DNA from: a virus
Lineage: Duplodnaviria > Caudoviricetes
Strand: one strand, 5' to 3'
Length of the DNA stretch: 64,000 nt
IMG/VR virus record: IMGVR_UViG_3300027969_000041
Below are positions 34,622 to 44,531 of the stretch, piece by piece. The position numbers and the translations under genes were made by a program. The notes beneath the pieces were generated by a model that had not been told where the DNA came from, did no database searches, and was given only the letters and a program-made list of their open reading frames with translations. Numbering within the stretch: the stretch's first letter is position 1; each line of letters begins with the position of its first letter.

Positions 34622-35212
34622 TTATTTCTTCCTTGGGTCAGCAGCTTGTTTCAAAACAGATTGTGTACTGGCTGGTGAATCAACACTAAATGTTGCTGCT
34701 TCAGTTGTAGGAATCTCTTCCCCACGAGCCTTTCTCTGTAATTTTAGGATATCGTTTAATTCTTTAACAAATCCTGTATTATATTTGTCGCCATAGTAAT
34801 CTTCAAATTGAGGACTGCCTGCTTCTTTATAATCTGGGTCATCTAGTAAAGCGCCTTCGCGTGGCTCACTAGGTTCTTGATAATCTTCTGTAGCTTCGAA
34901 CGGACTACGAACTACCAAGTTTTGTTTGTTAACACCTAAGCCTGCTGTTAGGTATTCGGTTAGTTCAAATTGTGTAGTAGGGTAATCTAATGTAACTTCA
35001 TAGATACTCACTTCACAATTTCTAACCTGCGGAAAATCTAAAGGTAATGCTTGGATTGGAGTTGTAGCAGTTTTTTTGAATCCGCTGATTGCAAATTTTT
35101 CTAACATTGTTTTCAACGTAGATTCTTGCTCAGTGGAAAAGCCGCCTGCAACTTTAACACGAAAGTCATACTTCTTTTTAGATTCGGAAAGGTATTCTTT
35201 GAAGTTTTTCAT
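34622..35212 (-). CDS. Late hypothetical protein with capsid-targeting-like N-terminus
   Basis: MKNFKEYLSE resembles T4 internal-protein CTS (MKTYQEFIAE); late box 5 nt before ATG. Confidence 0.7.
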   Translation of the reverse strand: MKNFKEYLSESKKKYDFRVKVAGGFSTEQESTLKTMLEKFAISGFKKTATTPIQALPLDFPQVRNCEVSIYEVTLDYPTTQFELTEYLTAGLGVNKQNLVVRSPFEATEDYQEPSEPREGALLDDPDYKEAGSPQFEDYYGDKYNTGFVKELNDILKLQRKARGEEIPTTEAATFSVDSPASTQSVLKQAADPRKK

Positions 35213-35216
35213 AGTA

Positions 35217-35696
35217 TTATTTATTCAGATTCTTAAGTTTTTCTAGGATGCTGTTGCGATCTGTGACAATAACTCCTTGTGCATCTATGGTATCGACGCC
35301 GCCTTCATTGCCGTGTTTTTTGTCAATTGCTAACTTCTTTAATTGCAAATCAACCATTTTTAGCTTTTTGTCAATCTTATTTGTCTTGGCTGTAATTGCG
35401 GCATTCATCATTTGTGCGGCAATTTCAAACATGCGCGACCCGTATCTAGGGTCTACATTCATACCTAGATCCATTAGATCGTCGTAGGCTTGTTCTGCTT
35501 TATGTGCAAGTGCATCTAACTCAGTATCTGCCATATCTCCTAGCCCCTTAACTCTAGGTAGTGCAGAAGCAATTTTATCAAATTCTTCTAAACGTTCCTC
35601 TAAATTAATCATAGGAACAGATTCTGCAGGAGTGGGAGAGATAAGGGGCTCTTCTTCTGTAGAAATATTTAGAACTTCTTCAAGTCGTTTAGTCAT
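35217..35696 (-). CDS. gp16: Terminase small subunit-like protein (gp16)
   Basis: Helical protein with RMFEIAAQM and IVTDRNSIL resembling gp16 motifs; position near gp17 and gp4. Confidence 0.55.
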   Translation of the reverse strand: MTKRLEEVLNISTEEEPLISPTPAESVPMINLEERLEEFDKIASALPRVKGLGDMADTELDALAHKAEQAYDDLMDLGMNVDPRYGSRMFEIAAQMMNAAITAKTNKIDKKLKMVDLQLKKLAIDKKHGNEGGVDTIDAQGVIVTDRNSILEKLKNLNK

Positions 35697-35704
35697 ATTA
35701 TTAC

Positions 35705-36145
35705 TTATTTCTTTTTACCACCACCGTAAATATCTGTTTCATTCATGATACGAAACTTGATACCTTGTTGTTGGCACCAGGCAGCAGCCGCAGCCCATTT
35801 GGCTTGGTTCTTGATAAACTGAGCTTGATTGTAGGGATTTTTACCTACTTTTTCTTTGAGCATTTGATTGGCTGGTTTAATTTCAATTAGCTCTACATGC
35901 TTCTTATGATGTGTATCAACATATGTTATAAGGAAATCGGGCACATAAACTGTTTGTTTACCAGTTAGTGGGTCGCGGTATGGGATCTTAACACATTCGC
36001 TGGCCCATTGCTGTATGCTGGGATTGTTGTCACAAAATGACATGAAAGTAAATTCCCAACCTGATCTATATGTGGGGTTTCTTCCACCTACATATTTTTC
36101 AGGGTTTTTTACTTTATAAATCCCTTGGCTAAACTTTAAGCTCAT
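35705..36145 (-). CDS. gp4: Head completion nuclease (T4 gp4-like, TnsA-N-type fold)
   Basis: YRSGWE...WASE...IPY...YVPDF...IEIKP...KW..A. Confidence 0.85.
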   Translation of the reverse strand: MSLKFSQGIYKVKNPEKYVGGRNPTYRSGWEFTFMSFCDNNPSIQQWASECVKIPYRDPLTGKQTVYVPDFLITYVDTHHKKHVELIEIKPANQMLKEKVGKNPYNQAQFIKNQAKWAAAAAWCQQQGIKFRIMNETDIYGGGKKK

Positions 36146-36516
36146 GCTATGACGTTGCGCTGTACTTCGTCGTGTGGTGTAAACTCTTTAGAATATCCTA
36201 AGAAGCTGGTTTTAATTCTGTTGTAGTTTAAAATTTCTGCAACAAGGGCAGAAATCTCTACGCTATCAATACCACCTAAGGTATCTAAAATCTGCATAGG
36301 ATTGTATCCGTCTTTCTTAGCCTGCTTCATAATGATAACTGCAACAGTTTCTGCAGAAGTAGGATCAAAACCTTTTTGAGTAAAAAATCCAATCATTGCC
36401 GCTAACGTTGCCGCATTTAATTCTAAAGGAGCAGTGTAGTATGCGTCAAATGCTTGTACAGTAGCATCTGATGATATTTTTGATGTAGGTAAATTGCTGT
36501 AAATATTTTTGGCCAT
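36142..36516 (-). CDS. Hypothetical virion-associated protein
   Basis: In late operon between tube-like gene and gp4. Confidence 0.65.
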   Translation of the reverse strand: MAKNIYSNLPTSKISSDATVQAFDAYYTAPLELNAATLAAMIGFFTQKGFDPTSAETVAVIIMKQAKKDGYNPMQILDTLGGIDSVEISALVAEILNYNRIKTSFLGYSKEFTPHDEVQRNVIA

Positions 36517-36517
36517 A

Positions 36518-37657
36518 TTATCCGCCGGTTATTTTGCGAGGAGTAGCTTGTGTAGTGTTATTTACACTGGTATTTTTATTGGAGAATAAATTTACACCAG
36601 TCCTAGCGGAAGTACCATATCCTGTTTGGTTAAACCCTTGCTTGATAGATTGCGCTAGTCCGCCTGGTTGATTATTTGACTGAGAAATATTACCTAGTAC
36701 TCCGCCTAATATGCTGTAGCCTTCTTGCTTTAATCCCGACTTGGTTAATGCTTGCACATTTTTAGATAACGTTTTAGCTTGTATAAAAGCACCTAACAAA
36801 TTGCCTTCACTTACTGAATTCAATACGCTATTTGCACCAGCAATTGCTCCGCCGGCACCGAACAATGTATTTGTACCTAACCCACCTATACTTAGTGGAC
36901 TAGGTGTCTTATCATAGTACTTTGCTGCAAATTGACCAGAAGCGTCATTCTTTTTAATTTTGCCTTGCTTATAAACCACATCTTCATAGGCTAATGTCAT
37001 TTTGCTAGACATTATTTTGCTGCCTTCATCTTGATTAACACTATCATGTTCCCAAGCTACTACCTTGGGATTTATTAAAGTTATTTGTGTAAATCGTTGT
37101 TGATGTAACACATAAACATCTATGCTATCAAAGAACGGGTCGTTAGTAAGACTAGTACGATCAGTACGGAATCCGTATCTATAATCAGTTTCACCATACT
37201 TTGTGTCAACATATTCGTTAGGATGCTCTTTATTACTGCCGTACCGACCGTCCATGAAATAGAACTTGTAATAATTTTTCCAAAGATTTGTAGTTATATC
37301 GCTGTTATCGTCATGAAATTCAACATTAACATTCCCATATGTTAATTTTGTTTGTACTACAGTTTTTCTGTTATATTGATTAAGTGTTTCGGTAGCAATA
37401 TTAAATTTAGGTAAATCCATTCTCTTAACAAGAAGTCCTACACTGTCTATATGCTTTTGACTACCTGCCCAGGTAGCATCTAGTAATGCAACCTTATTAA
37501 GATTAAATTGAACAAAATATAAAAACCCAACCTTAGGAGCACGGGCATATGTGTTTGCAACATACATGCGGCTTGCATGTTGATAGTCGCTGAGTTGTGC
37601 TGTATTTCCAAACAGACCTGTAGTTACGCCACCTAAAAAATTTGTAAAAGCACTCAT
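36518..37657 (-). CDS. Tail tube-like baseplate junction protein (gp48/gp54-like)
   Basis: VKRMDLPKF...NQYNRK...VEFHDD tube-fold pattern; follows gp19. Confidence 0.6.
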   Translation of the reverse strand: MSAFTNFLGGVTTGLFGNTAQLSDYQHASRMYVANTYARAPKVGFLYFVQFNLNKVALLDATWAGSQKHIDSVGLLVKRMDLPKFNIATETLNQYNRKTVVQTKLTYGNVNVEFHDDNSDITTNLWKNYYKFYFMDGRYGSNKEHPNEYVDTKYGETDYRYGFRTDRTSLTNDPFFDSIDVYVLHQQRFTQITLINPKVVAWEHDSVNQDEGSKIMSSKMTLAYEDVVYKQGKIKKNDASGQFAAKYYDKTPSPLSIGGLGTNTLFGAGGAIAGANSVLNSVSEGNLLGAFIQAKTLSKNVQALTKSGLKQEGYSILGGVLGNISQSNNQPGGLAQSIKQGFNQTGYGTSARTGVNLFSNKNTSVNNTTQATPRKITGG

Positions 37658-37675
37658 AGTAATATTTAGCCAAAT

Positions 37676-37702
37676 AAAAAGCCTGGGTTTTAGCCAGGCT
37701 TT
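37676..37702 (-). terminator. Intrinsic terminator after tail tube gene
   Basis: AAAGCCTGG-N7-CCAGGCTTT with T tract on - strand. Confidence 0.7.
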
Positions 37703-37720
37703 GTTGGGGTAGCGTTTTTA

Positions 37721-38353
37721 TTAACCGCCTAGTGCCAGTGTACGGACTGTGCGTCCTACTGCTTCGCCTAGACCAGATAGTGCGCCGGCCGCATCAACTT
37801 GAACTGCGTTATCATAAGTGATAGTCAATGCAATATCTAGAGGATCATTACTGGTGTAATCGCCGCCTTGATATACTGCGCCTTTTAGGAAGCAACCATG
37901 GAATTCAAATGCTTCTAAAATTCCTGGCTCATAAGCACCGTTACCACCGTCTAGAACTTCGACACGCATCATGAACTTATAGTCGATACCAGATGCAGCA
38001 CCGCTTTGCTCGTAGAAGTCAAATTGCTTCTGTAGTTGTTCGCCAACTTTCTTGCTAACTGCACCAGTAACATCATCACGCACTGTTAGTTTAGCATCAG
38101 CAAAACTATGACGTCCTGCTAGCTTAACTGTACTGTTATAGACAGCTAACTTAATTTCTTCAAAGCTAACTTCTGGACGAGTCACGTTCATAACTTGTTT
38201 GGTCAATTCAGTAGCCGGTGTACCTGCTACGCCAAATCCGTCTAAAGTAACACGGAAGCGATATTTCAGTTTAGGCATCAACAAACCTTGAGTTGTTGAA
38301 CTCTGGTCTGTTGATAAAGGTACTGTGAACCTGTTTAGACTTGCGATTGCCAT
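37721..38353 (-). CDS. gp19: Tail tube protein (gp19-like)
   Basis: PKLKYRFRV...VTRPEVSFE...LTITYDNA; directly after sheath. Confidence 0.88.
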   Translation of the reverse strand: MAIASLNRFTVPLSTDQSSTTQGLLMPKLKYRFRVTLDGFGVAGTPATELTKQVMNVTRPEVSFEEIKLAVYNSTVKLAGRHSFADAKLTVRDDVTGAVSKKVGEQLQKQFDFYEQSGAASGIDYKFMMRVEVLDGGNGAYEPGILEAFEFHGCFLKGAVYQGGDYTSNDPLDIALTITYDNAVQVDAAGALSGLGEAVGRTVRTLALGG

Positions 38354-38384
38354 ATTAAATAGCTCCTTATTCTTTATTTACCTA

Positions 38385-41300
38385 TTATTGTCCAGCTGCA
38401 ATTTCACCAGTGTTTTTAATACGAAGTGGAATGTAGATAAACTCAACTGCCTTAACTGGCTCAATAGCGATGTCCATGTACAACTCAGAACGATCAATTC
38501 TTGCTGCTGTGTTGTTTGATGAATCGCAAACTACTAAGAAGTCATAAAGAGCACGTTGACCTACTAATTCTAATAATAGACTTTCTGCTGCCGCTTTGAT
38601 TTCTCTGCGTGTTTGTGCATCATTTGGCTCAAACAGATATGGCTTAGCTAGTACGCTTAGTTGTTTACGTAGATAAGCAACTAGACGAACTACGTTAATA
38701 CGATCCAGCGCACTGGCGTTCTTAGCACGAGTGTATTGACCAAAGTTAACTAGGCCAACTCCTGGCAATGTTGCGATTGGATTAATCTTAACATCATGCA
38801 TTACATTGCGTAAACCTTCGTACAATGCGGCTGTTTTAAACTCGCCTTCTGCGGTAATGTAACCAACGCTGGTAGCATTATCAACACCACCACGGCGTGT
38901 ACCAGCTGGTGCAAACCATTGGTAGCTCTTAGCATCACTGTTGATAATTGTACGGAGCATCATGTGACTTGGAGGAACAACAATGTTGTTGCCGCTGTTG
39001 TCGGTTGTGTAACCACTTGGATAGAACATACCAACATATTCGTCATATGTAACTGCGCCATCTTCACCGTTGTCTGTAGCAACTGCTGTGTTGTTACCCC
39101 ATGCTGTTAGAGCTGTACCTGTTGGTGCTAAACGGAATGGTGTGTCTCCAACTACGAATGCAGTCTGACCGATGTCAGTGTTAAATGCAGCCATGTTAGC
39201 AATAGCTTCTGGATATCCTGGGCAAGCAATTAAGTTAAATGCTAGAGTATCGGTGTCACGGATAGCGGCATTTGTATCAATCATAGCTTTCATCTTAGAT
39301 ACAACATAACTTCGTTGTGCGTGACGACCAAATGTACCTGAACCATCTACATTGTTAGGGCTTACAGTTACCCAACGATCTGCGCTGTAAATTGGAAGAC
39401 CTGTTAAATCATCAATCATAGGATCATTGGAAAATCTGATGTTCAATCCACCGTTTGCTTCTAGATTTAGGTGACCTTTAATATATTTTTTAACATTGTT
39501 TCCACTACGACGAGTATTCCATAACTTCATACCACGTGGGTATAATGCTGGATCTGGAACATCGGGATCAACGTAGTTACTAGTTAGTAAATCAGTAATC
39601 TTTGCCGCAGAAGTAGCATTGCCACTAGCTGCCCAACGTGCATCAGCAAATACCCAACCACTAGGACTTGTTTGATCTGTGGTATCCTGTAGTATCCACT
39701 TGTATGTGCTAATACCATCAAATACATATATATCTTTACCATAACGCTCAGGATCAGCTGTAGATATCCAAATATCACCATTTGCAAGACTAGCCCCACC
39801 GCTTTGGGCAATAGGTGCTGATGCACTAATTATAGGTCCATTTGGATCTGTATTATAGCCAAAATACGGGGAATCACTATTAGCATATCCTACCCATTTT
39901 GAACCATTATGAATCATAATATCAACTTCACTTATAGAAGAATTATGCCATAATATACCATCATCTGCTAGTACTGTAGGAGTAGATGTCTTTGATTCAT
40001 ATACCAACGGTTTCCAGTTAGTAGCAATAAATGCAAAAGCATCACCTGTTGGTGCTGCATATAAATTTGCAGTTCCTGCCTTAGTAGTCATATTGTAGGC
40101 AGTTAGACCAATTACTGTTAATGGTGTGTTAGCACCATCAGTTAATTCGAACTCTCCACCTAATTCATGGGTAAATGTTACAGTTTTTGTTTGACTATCG
40201 TAGGCAGCAGTAACATTAACTAATCCCTGTGCAGCCAATGCCGCCGGAATTTGAGCTCCTACGGGATTGCTGTTACTACCAGTAATGGAAATAATTTTTG
40301 TAGGCCCCCAAGATCCGCTACTTGCTAGTGTTTCTCTAATAGTAAATTGACTTGTTAAACTCTGCGTTGCTATAGTCGATCCGCTAACAATAGTTGTTGC
40401 ACCAGTGGCATTGCGTCTCCATAGTTTGAAATTAGCAGTTTCAACTGCGTTTTCAATATTTGTATCAACGGCTAGTATTCCAACTGGGATATTTTTTCCA
40501 CCGCCAGCGTAATCTAGTTTTTCAATAGCGTTACGAGTGCTTGTGTACATAGGGGCAGCCACAGTAGTCCAGGCGTTTGTACTTCCGTTGTAATATTTTA
40601 CAACTAAATTAGCACCTAGACCTGGAGAAGTAGTTTTAATCCATACACTACCGTTTAATTCTACACCTTTTGTCCATGTTGGATAGCTAGTGTGGGGACT
40701 TACTTGAACAGATTTACCGCCGGCAAACCCTTGGGCTAGTGGAGTCCATGTGTTGTCTGATTTTTTGTAGTAATACTTGTTAGTTAAATTGTCGGATGTA
40801 ACAACTACGCAGTAGTCTCCCTTTTTACCAAAAGCAGGAAGTGGTGTAGTTCCGTTAAAAAACCCGGTACCATAACGATTATCATTGTTAATAACTAATG
40901 GAGTTTTTGTAACAAAAACTGGGATATCGCCAGACGAATCCCATTCGTTAATTCCGTAGTAACTAGCATCAGTATCTAACCAGTATGTTCCAGCAACTGG
41001 TGTACCAGTTGGCTCGCTGGTTGTAGGCGCTAACGCTTTTAAGTCAACATCTGCACGGGCAACATAAGCTCTTGAGCTTACACCTAATGCACTATATGCG
41101 GCTTGTAGGCCGTATTCATTTAGTTCTCCACCGTGTAGTGGATTGTTATTTGATGTGTAAAATAACGGAGTACCAAATGTATCAACTAAATCACGTTGAC
41201 TTGTGATTACATAAACATTTCCTGCATTAGCGGCAGTTGTACCTGCTGCTGTACCTGTTGCAGAAGCATTGCTCTTGTCTTGTGCAGTAGCAACGAAAAT

Positions 41301-41387
41301 AAGTGGAATAGTGCCAGGAGCTGCGGGAGTATAAAAACTCTCGTCAATTACTGATACGCTTACGCCTGGTGAACCTAGTGTGGCCAT
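38385..41387 (-). CDS. gp18: Tail sheath protein (gp18-like), 1000 aa
   Basis: SPGVSVSVIDES, NEYGLQAAY, QWFAPAGTRRG, INPI, SALDRINVVRL, FEPND, PVKAVEFI. Confidence 0.93.
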   Translation of the reverse strand: MATLGSPGVSVSVIDESFYTPAAPGTIPLIFVATAQDKSNASATGTAAGTTAANAGNVYVITSQRDLVDTFGTPLFYTSNNNPLHGGELNEYGLQAAYSALGVSSRAYVARADVDLKALAPTTSEPTGTPVAGTYWLDTDASYYGINEWDSSGDIPVFVTKTPLVINNDNRYGTGFFNGTTPLPAFGKKGDYCVVVTSDNLTNKYYYKKSDNTWTPLAQGFAGGKSVQVSPHTSYPTWTKGVELNGSVWIKTTSPGLGANLVVKYYNGSTNAWTTVAAPMYTSTRNAIEKLDYAGGGKNIPVGILAVDTNIENAVETANFKLWRRNATGATTIVSGSTIATQSLTSQFTIRETLASSGSWGPTKIISITGSNSNPVGAQIPAALAAQGLVNVTAAYDSQTKTVTFTHELGGEFELTDGANTPLTVIGLTAYNMTTKAGTANLYAAPTGDAFAFIATNWKPLVYESKTSTPTVLADDGILWHNSSISEVDIMIHNGSKWVGYANSDSPYFGYNTDPNGPIISASAPIAQSGGASLANGDIWISTADPERYGKDIYVFDGISTYKWILQDTTDQTSPSGWVFADARWAASGNATSAAKITDLLTSNYVDPDVPDPALYPRGMKLWNTRRSGNNVKKYIKGHLNLEANGGLNIRFSNDPMIDDLTGLPIYSADRWVTVSPNNVDGSGTFGRHAQRSYVVSKMKAMIDTNAAIRDTDTLAFNLIACPGYPEAIANMAAFNTDIGQTAFVVGDTPFRLAPTGTALTAWGNNTAVATDNGEDGAVTYDEYVGMFYPSGYTTDNSGNNIVVPPSHMMLRTIINSDAKSYQWFAPAGTRRGGVDNATSVGYITAEGEFKTAALYEGLRNVMHDVKINPIATLPGVGLVNFGQYTRAKNASALDRINVVRLVAYLRKQLSVLAKPYLFEPNDAQTRREIKAAAESLLLELVGQRALYDFLVVCDSSNNTAARIDRSELYMDIAIEPVKAVEFIYIPLRIKNTGEIAAGQ

Positions 41388-41486
41388 TTTTCAATCTCCT
41401 TAATGGATTACTTTGTTTTATTTAGCAGGTAACTCCAAAAAGTCCTGGTTAAATACCATTGTAAAAGGGAACAAAAAGGGCGGGGT

Positions 41487-41822
41487 ATGAGAGATTTATG
41501 TAGTTCGTGCGGGCAACGACCAGTTGCAATTAACTATTACAAAGATAGTAAGCCTTTCTACAGATCAAAATGTGATCATTGTGCTAAAGGTAGAGGTGTA
41601 GGAAAGCCTCTATGGGCAGTTACGGGATATAAGAAAAAAACCACATGTGATAAATGCGGTTTTAGTAGTAAGTATTCCGATCAGTTTAATGTGTTTCACA
41701 TAGACGGAGAACTAACAAACTGTCGTCATACTAATTTAAAAACAGTTTGTGCTAACTGTCAACGACTACTTCACAAACTTAAATTGCCGTGGAAGCAGGG
41801 AGATCTAACTCCGGATTTTTAG
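41487..41822 (+). CDS. Zn-binding HNH-like endonuclease
   Basis: CxxC pairs and VFHIDGELTNCRHTNLKTVCANC. Confidence 0.7.
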   Translation: MRDLCSSCGQRPVAINYYKDSKPFYRSKCDHCAKGRGVGKPLWAVTGYKKKTTCDKCGFSSKYSDQFNVFHIDGELTNCRHTNLKTVCANCQRLLHKLKLPWKQGDLTPDF

Positions 41823-42478
41823 ACTAAGTCTAATGCAATCCTAGTAGCAAATGGGAGTTGTTTTTTTGACAGTAGCTCTTTAATCTGAGCAAATAAATCG
41901 TCAATAGTTGCGTTGTTGTCAACAACATGATCTATTGCGCCTCCTACCCATGCAGTTTCACTGGCATGAATACCTTCTTTTATTAAGAAGTTTTGTGCGC
42001 TTTCTACACCTTTATTTGCTTGAATAGCTATATCATACCAATGTGGAGTAACGCCTCGATTTACTCTAACTACAATACCGCCTGCATTATGAATAGCCTT
42101 AATTTCGTTAGGAAATCTTACATCACTGATTACAATATTATCTGTAGTCTTTCGAATCTTATTTTCTAGACTTGCAATCCAAATGTCATCATGGAAGCCT
42201 TTACGACATACTTCTGTGCCCCACCATTGTAGTATCCATCGTGGAGTAAGATGGGGAATATTTAGGCGTTCTGCCCACCACGGATCGACCTGTTCTCGCC
42301 ATGCACGAGCTTCTGCGGTGCGACCTTCTAGGAGTGTCCGGTCCCAACCAAATACATGAGATACTGCATCTTTGAGAGTATTTGCAAATGAATCTCGTCG
42401 ATATCCGTGAAAGTTAACCAAATAATCTGCGGCAGTGTCTTTGCCTGAACCAATAAATCCTACAAAACCTACAATCAT
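41819..42478 (-). CDS. gp1: Deoxynucleoside monophosphate kinase (T4 gp1-like)
   Basis: GFIGSGKDT, SFANTLK, LQWWGTEV, ISDVRFPNE. Confidence 0.9.
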   Translation of the reverse strand: MIVGFVGFIGSGKDTAADYLVNFHGYRRDSFANTLKDAVSHVFGWDRTLLEGRTAEARAWREQVDPWWAERLNIPHLTPRWILQWWGTEVCRKGFHDDIWIASLENKIRKTTDNIVISDVRFPNEIKAIHNAGGIVVRVNRGVTPHWYDIAIQANKGVESAQNFLIKEGIHASETAWVGGAIDHVVDNNATIDDLFAQIKELLSKKQLPFATRIALDLV

Positions 42479-42537
42479 AGCATCTCCTAACGTGATACTA
42501 TAATTTACTATAATTAGCTATAGTTGTCAAGAATTTT

Positions 42538-43296
42538 TTAGCCGATTACAAAGGTCAGTGGTTGTCCGCCTTCTTTGTAATTAATTAGATCCATCTCTAA
42601 CATTTCTATTTCAGCTTTGGCTTCAGCTTTTAGTGCTGTTCCATTTAAAGTTGTACTACCCTGCGGACTAGCAATACTTCCAAACTTTTCACGAGCCTCA
42701 CCTAGCATTAACTTAGCTGTCGCTAGACTATAATCTTTTAACCACTGACCTGCATATTGATCTTGCAGTAGGTTAAAATCCGGGCGATAGTTATACATCC
42801 AGGCCAGTACTTCTTCACCACCACGAGGACGTTGCATAATGGTTAACTTTTTAGTAGTCGGATTAAATGTAAAATTGATATCTGTACCAAACATTTTACC
42901 AACTTGCTTTTGATAACTGGCAAAAGCATAATATGTTGCTAGGCCGCCCATGTTTGTACTTGTTAACAAATAGGTATTAGAGTAAGCTAGATTAAACGGC
43001 TCAAATAAAGTTCCACTGTCGCCGCCACCAGATCTACTGCCAATACTACGACGGAAGAGTTGCCGTACTCCAGTTACTTCTTTAGGTAAAATGTAATCGT
43101 TTGTATCAGTTTCTAATGTAATAAATCCAAAACTTTCTTCGCTGGCGTTGCTACTTCGTTGACGAAATTTTGCAAGGGCGCGATCAATGGCCGTATTATA
43201 ATGAATAGGGTCTAATTCTACATCAACCATGCCAGCACCTAGCATAGCTTGTACATAGTCAACAACTTTTTGGCGTTCGTTTTCAGTTTCAGTCAT
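42538..43296 (-). CDS. gp13: Neck protein (gp13-like)
   Basis: LGAGMVDVELD, YILPKEV, WLKDYSLATAKLMLG...KFG, LNG. Confidence 0.8.
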   Translation of the reverse strand: MTETENERQKVVDYVQAMLGAGMVDVELDPIHYNTAIDRALAKFRQRSSNASEESFGFITLETDTNDYILPKEVTGVRQLFRRSIGSRSGGGDSGTLFEPFNLAYSNTYLLTSTNMGGLATYYAFASYQKQVGKMFGTDINFTFNPTTKKLTIMQRPRGGEEVLAWMYNYRPDFNLLQDQYAGQWLKDYSLATAKLMLGEAREKFGSIASPQGSTTLNGTALKAEAKAEIEMLEMDLINYKEGGQPLTFVIG

Positions 43297-43324
43297 ACGA
43301 ATATTTATCTATAAATATAAGACT

Positions 43325-44530
43325 ATGCCAAGACTCTCATTGTACCGCCCCGAAAAGGGCAATGATTATCGCTTTTTAGATCGTGTTATCAACGAAGAAT
43401 TTCAAGTGGGCGGAACAGATGTTTATGTACACCGATACACGGGTCCGGTTAATCCCGCAACAGGAGAAGCTACTCCTAGTACTCCTAATAATACTAGCAG
43501 TATTCCAGAATTAGGAATACAAGATTTAATATTCATGGAAAACAGAGATCGTCATTATGATCCTGATATCTATGTTATGCGTGGAATTTATACCATGCAG
43601 GACTTGGATTTTAATCTAAGCCAATTTGGCCTATTTTTACAAAACGATAATATCTTTATTATGTTCCACTTAAAAAATACAGTAGATGTATTACAGCGTA
43701 AAATTATGCCTGGAGATGTTATTGAGCTTCCTCACTTAAAAGATGAATATGCGTTAGATAACAGTGTCGTAGCATTAAAGAGATTCTATGTTGTACAAGA
43801 TGTTAGTCGTCCTGCGGCAGGTTATAGTCAAACATGGTATCCCCATTTGCTACGTGCCAAGTGCGTACCGTTAATTGATAGCCAAGAATTTAAAGAGATA
43901 CTTGATAGTGATGCAGGTGCAGGCAATGGTAGCACATTACGTGATTTATTAAGTACATATCAACAAAGCATTGACATTAACAATCAAATTCTAGCTCAAG
44001 CAGAAGCTGATGCACCTAGTAGTGGTTATAATACTAAAAACTTATTTGTTATTCCGTTGCGCGAAGATAGTACTGTAGATGTTGCCGATGCTTCAGATAT
44101 CGACGGCGATGCAAGTATTAACAACCCTGCATTAGATGCTAGTGTTGTGCTACGTAGTCCGGATAAAGACATTTATGTAGGTTACCTAAACGGTGACGGA
44201 AGTCCGCCAAACGGAGCACCTTATGGGTTTGGAATTTCATTCCCATCAGTGCCTATTAAAGGTCAGTTTTATCTAAGAACAGATTATATGCCTAACAGAT
44301 TATTTAGATACGACGGCAAACATTGGATCAAATATGAGGATAATGTTCGTATGACTCTAAACAACCTTGGCAGTGAAGACGTTGCCAGTGGACCTGCGGT
44401 AGGAAAATCAGTTCGCAAAACACAAAAATCTAGCTTTATTAATAATACAAATACTGCTACTATTGCAGGATCAGTGGTTAAGGAGCGTCAAGCATTGAGC
44501 AAGGCATTAAAACCTAAGGCGGACAATTAA
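43325..44530 (+). CDS. gp14: Neck protein (gp14-like)
   Basis: GGTDVYVH, ENRDR.YD, LSQFGLF, PGDVIELPH; between gp13 and gp15. Confidence 0.75.
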   Translation: MPRLSLYRPEKGNDYRFLDRVINEEFQVGGTDVYVHRYTGPVNPATGEATPSTPNNTSSIPELGIQDLIFMENRDRHYDPDIYVMRGIYTMQDLDFNLSQFGLFLQNDNIFIMFHLKNTVDVLQRKIMPGDVIELPHLKDEYALDNSVVALKRFYVVQDVSRPAAGYSQTWYPHLLRAKCVPLIDSQEFKEILDSDAGAGNGSTLRDLLSTYQQSIDINNQILAQAEADAPSSGYNTKNLFVIPLREDSTVDVADASDIDGDASINNPALDASVVLRSPDKDIYVGYLNGDGSPPNGAPYGFGISFPSVPIKGQFYLRTDYMPNRLFRYDGKHWIKYEDNVRMTLNNLGSEDVASGPAVGKSVRKTQKSSFINNTNTATIAGSVVKERQALSKALKPKADN

Positions 44531-44531
44531 T

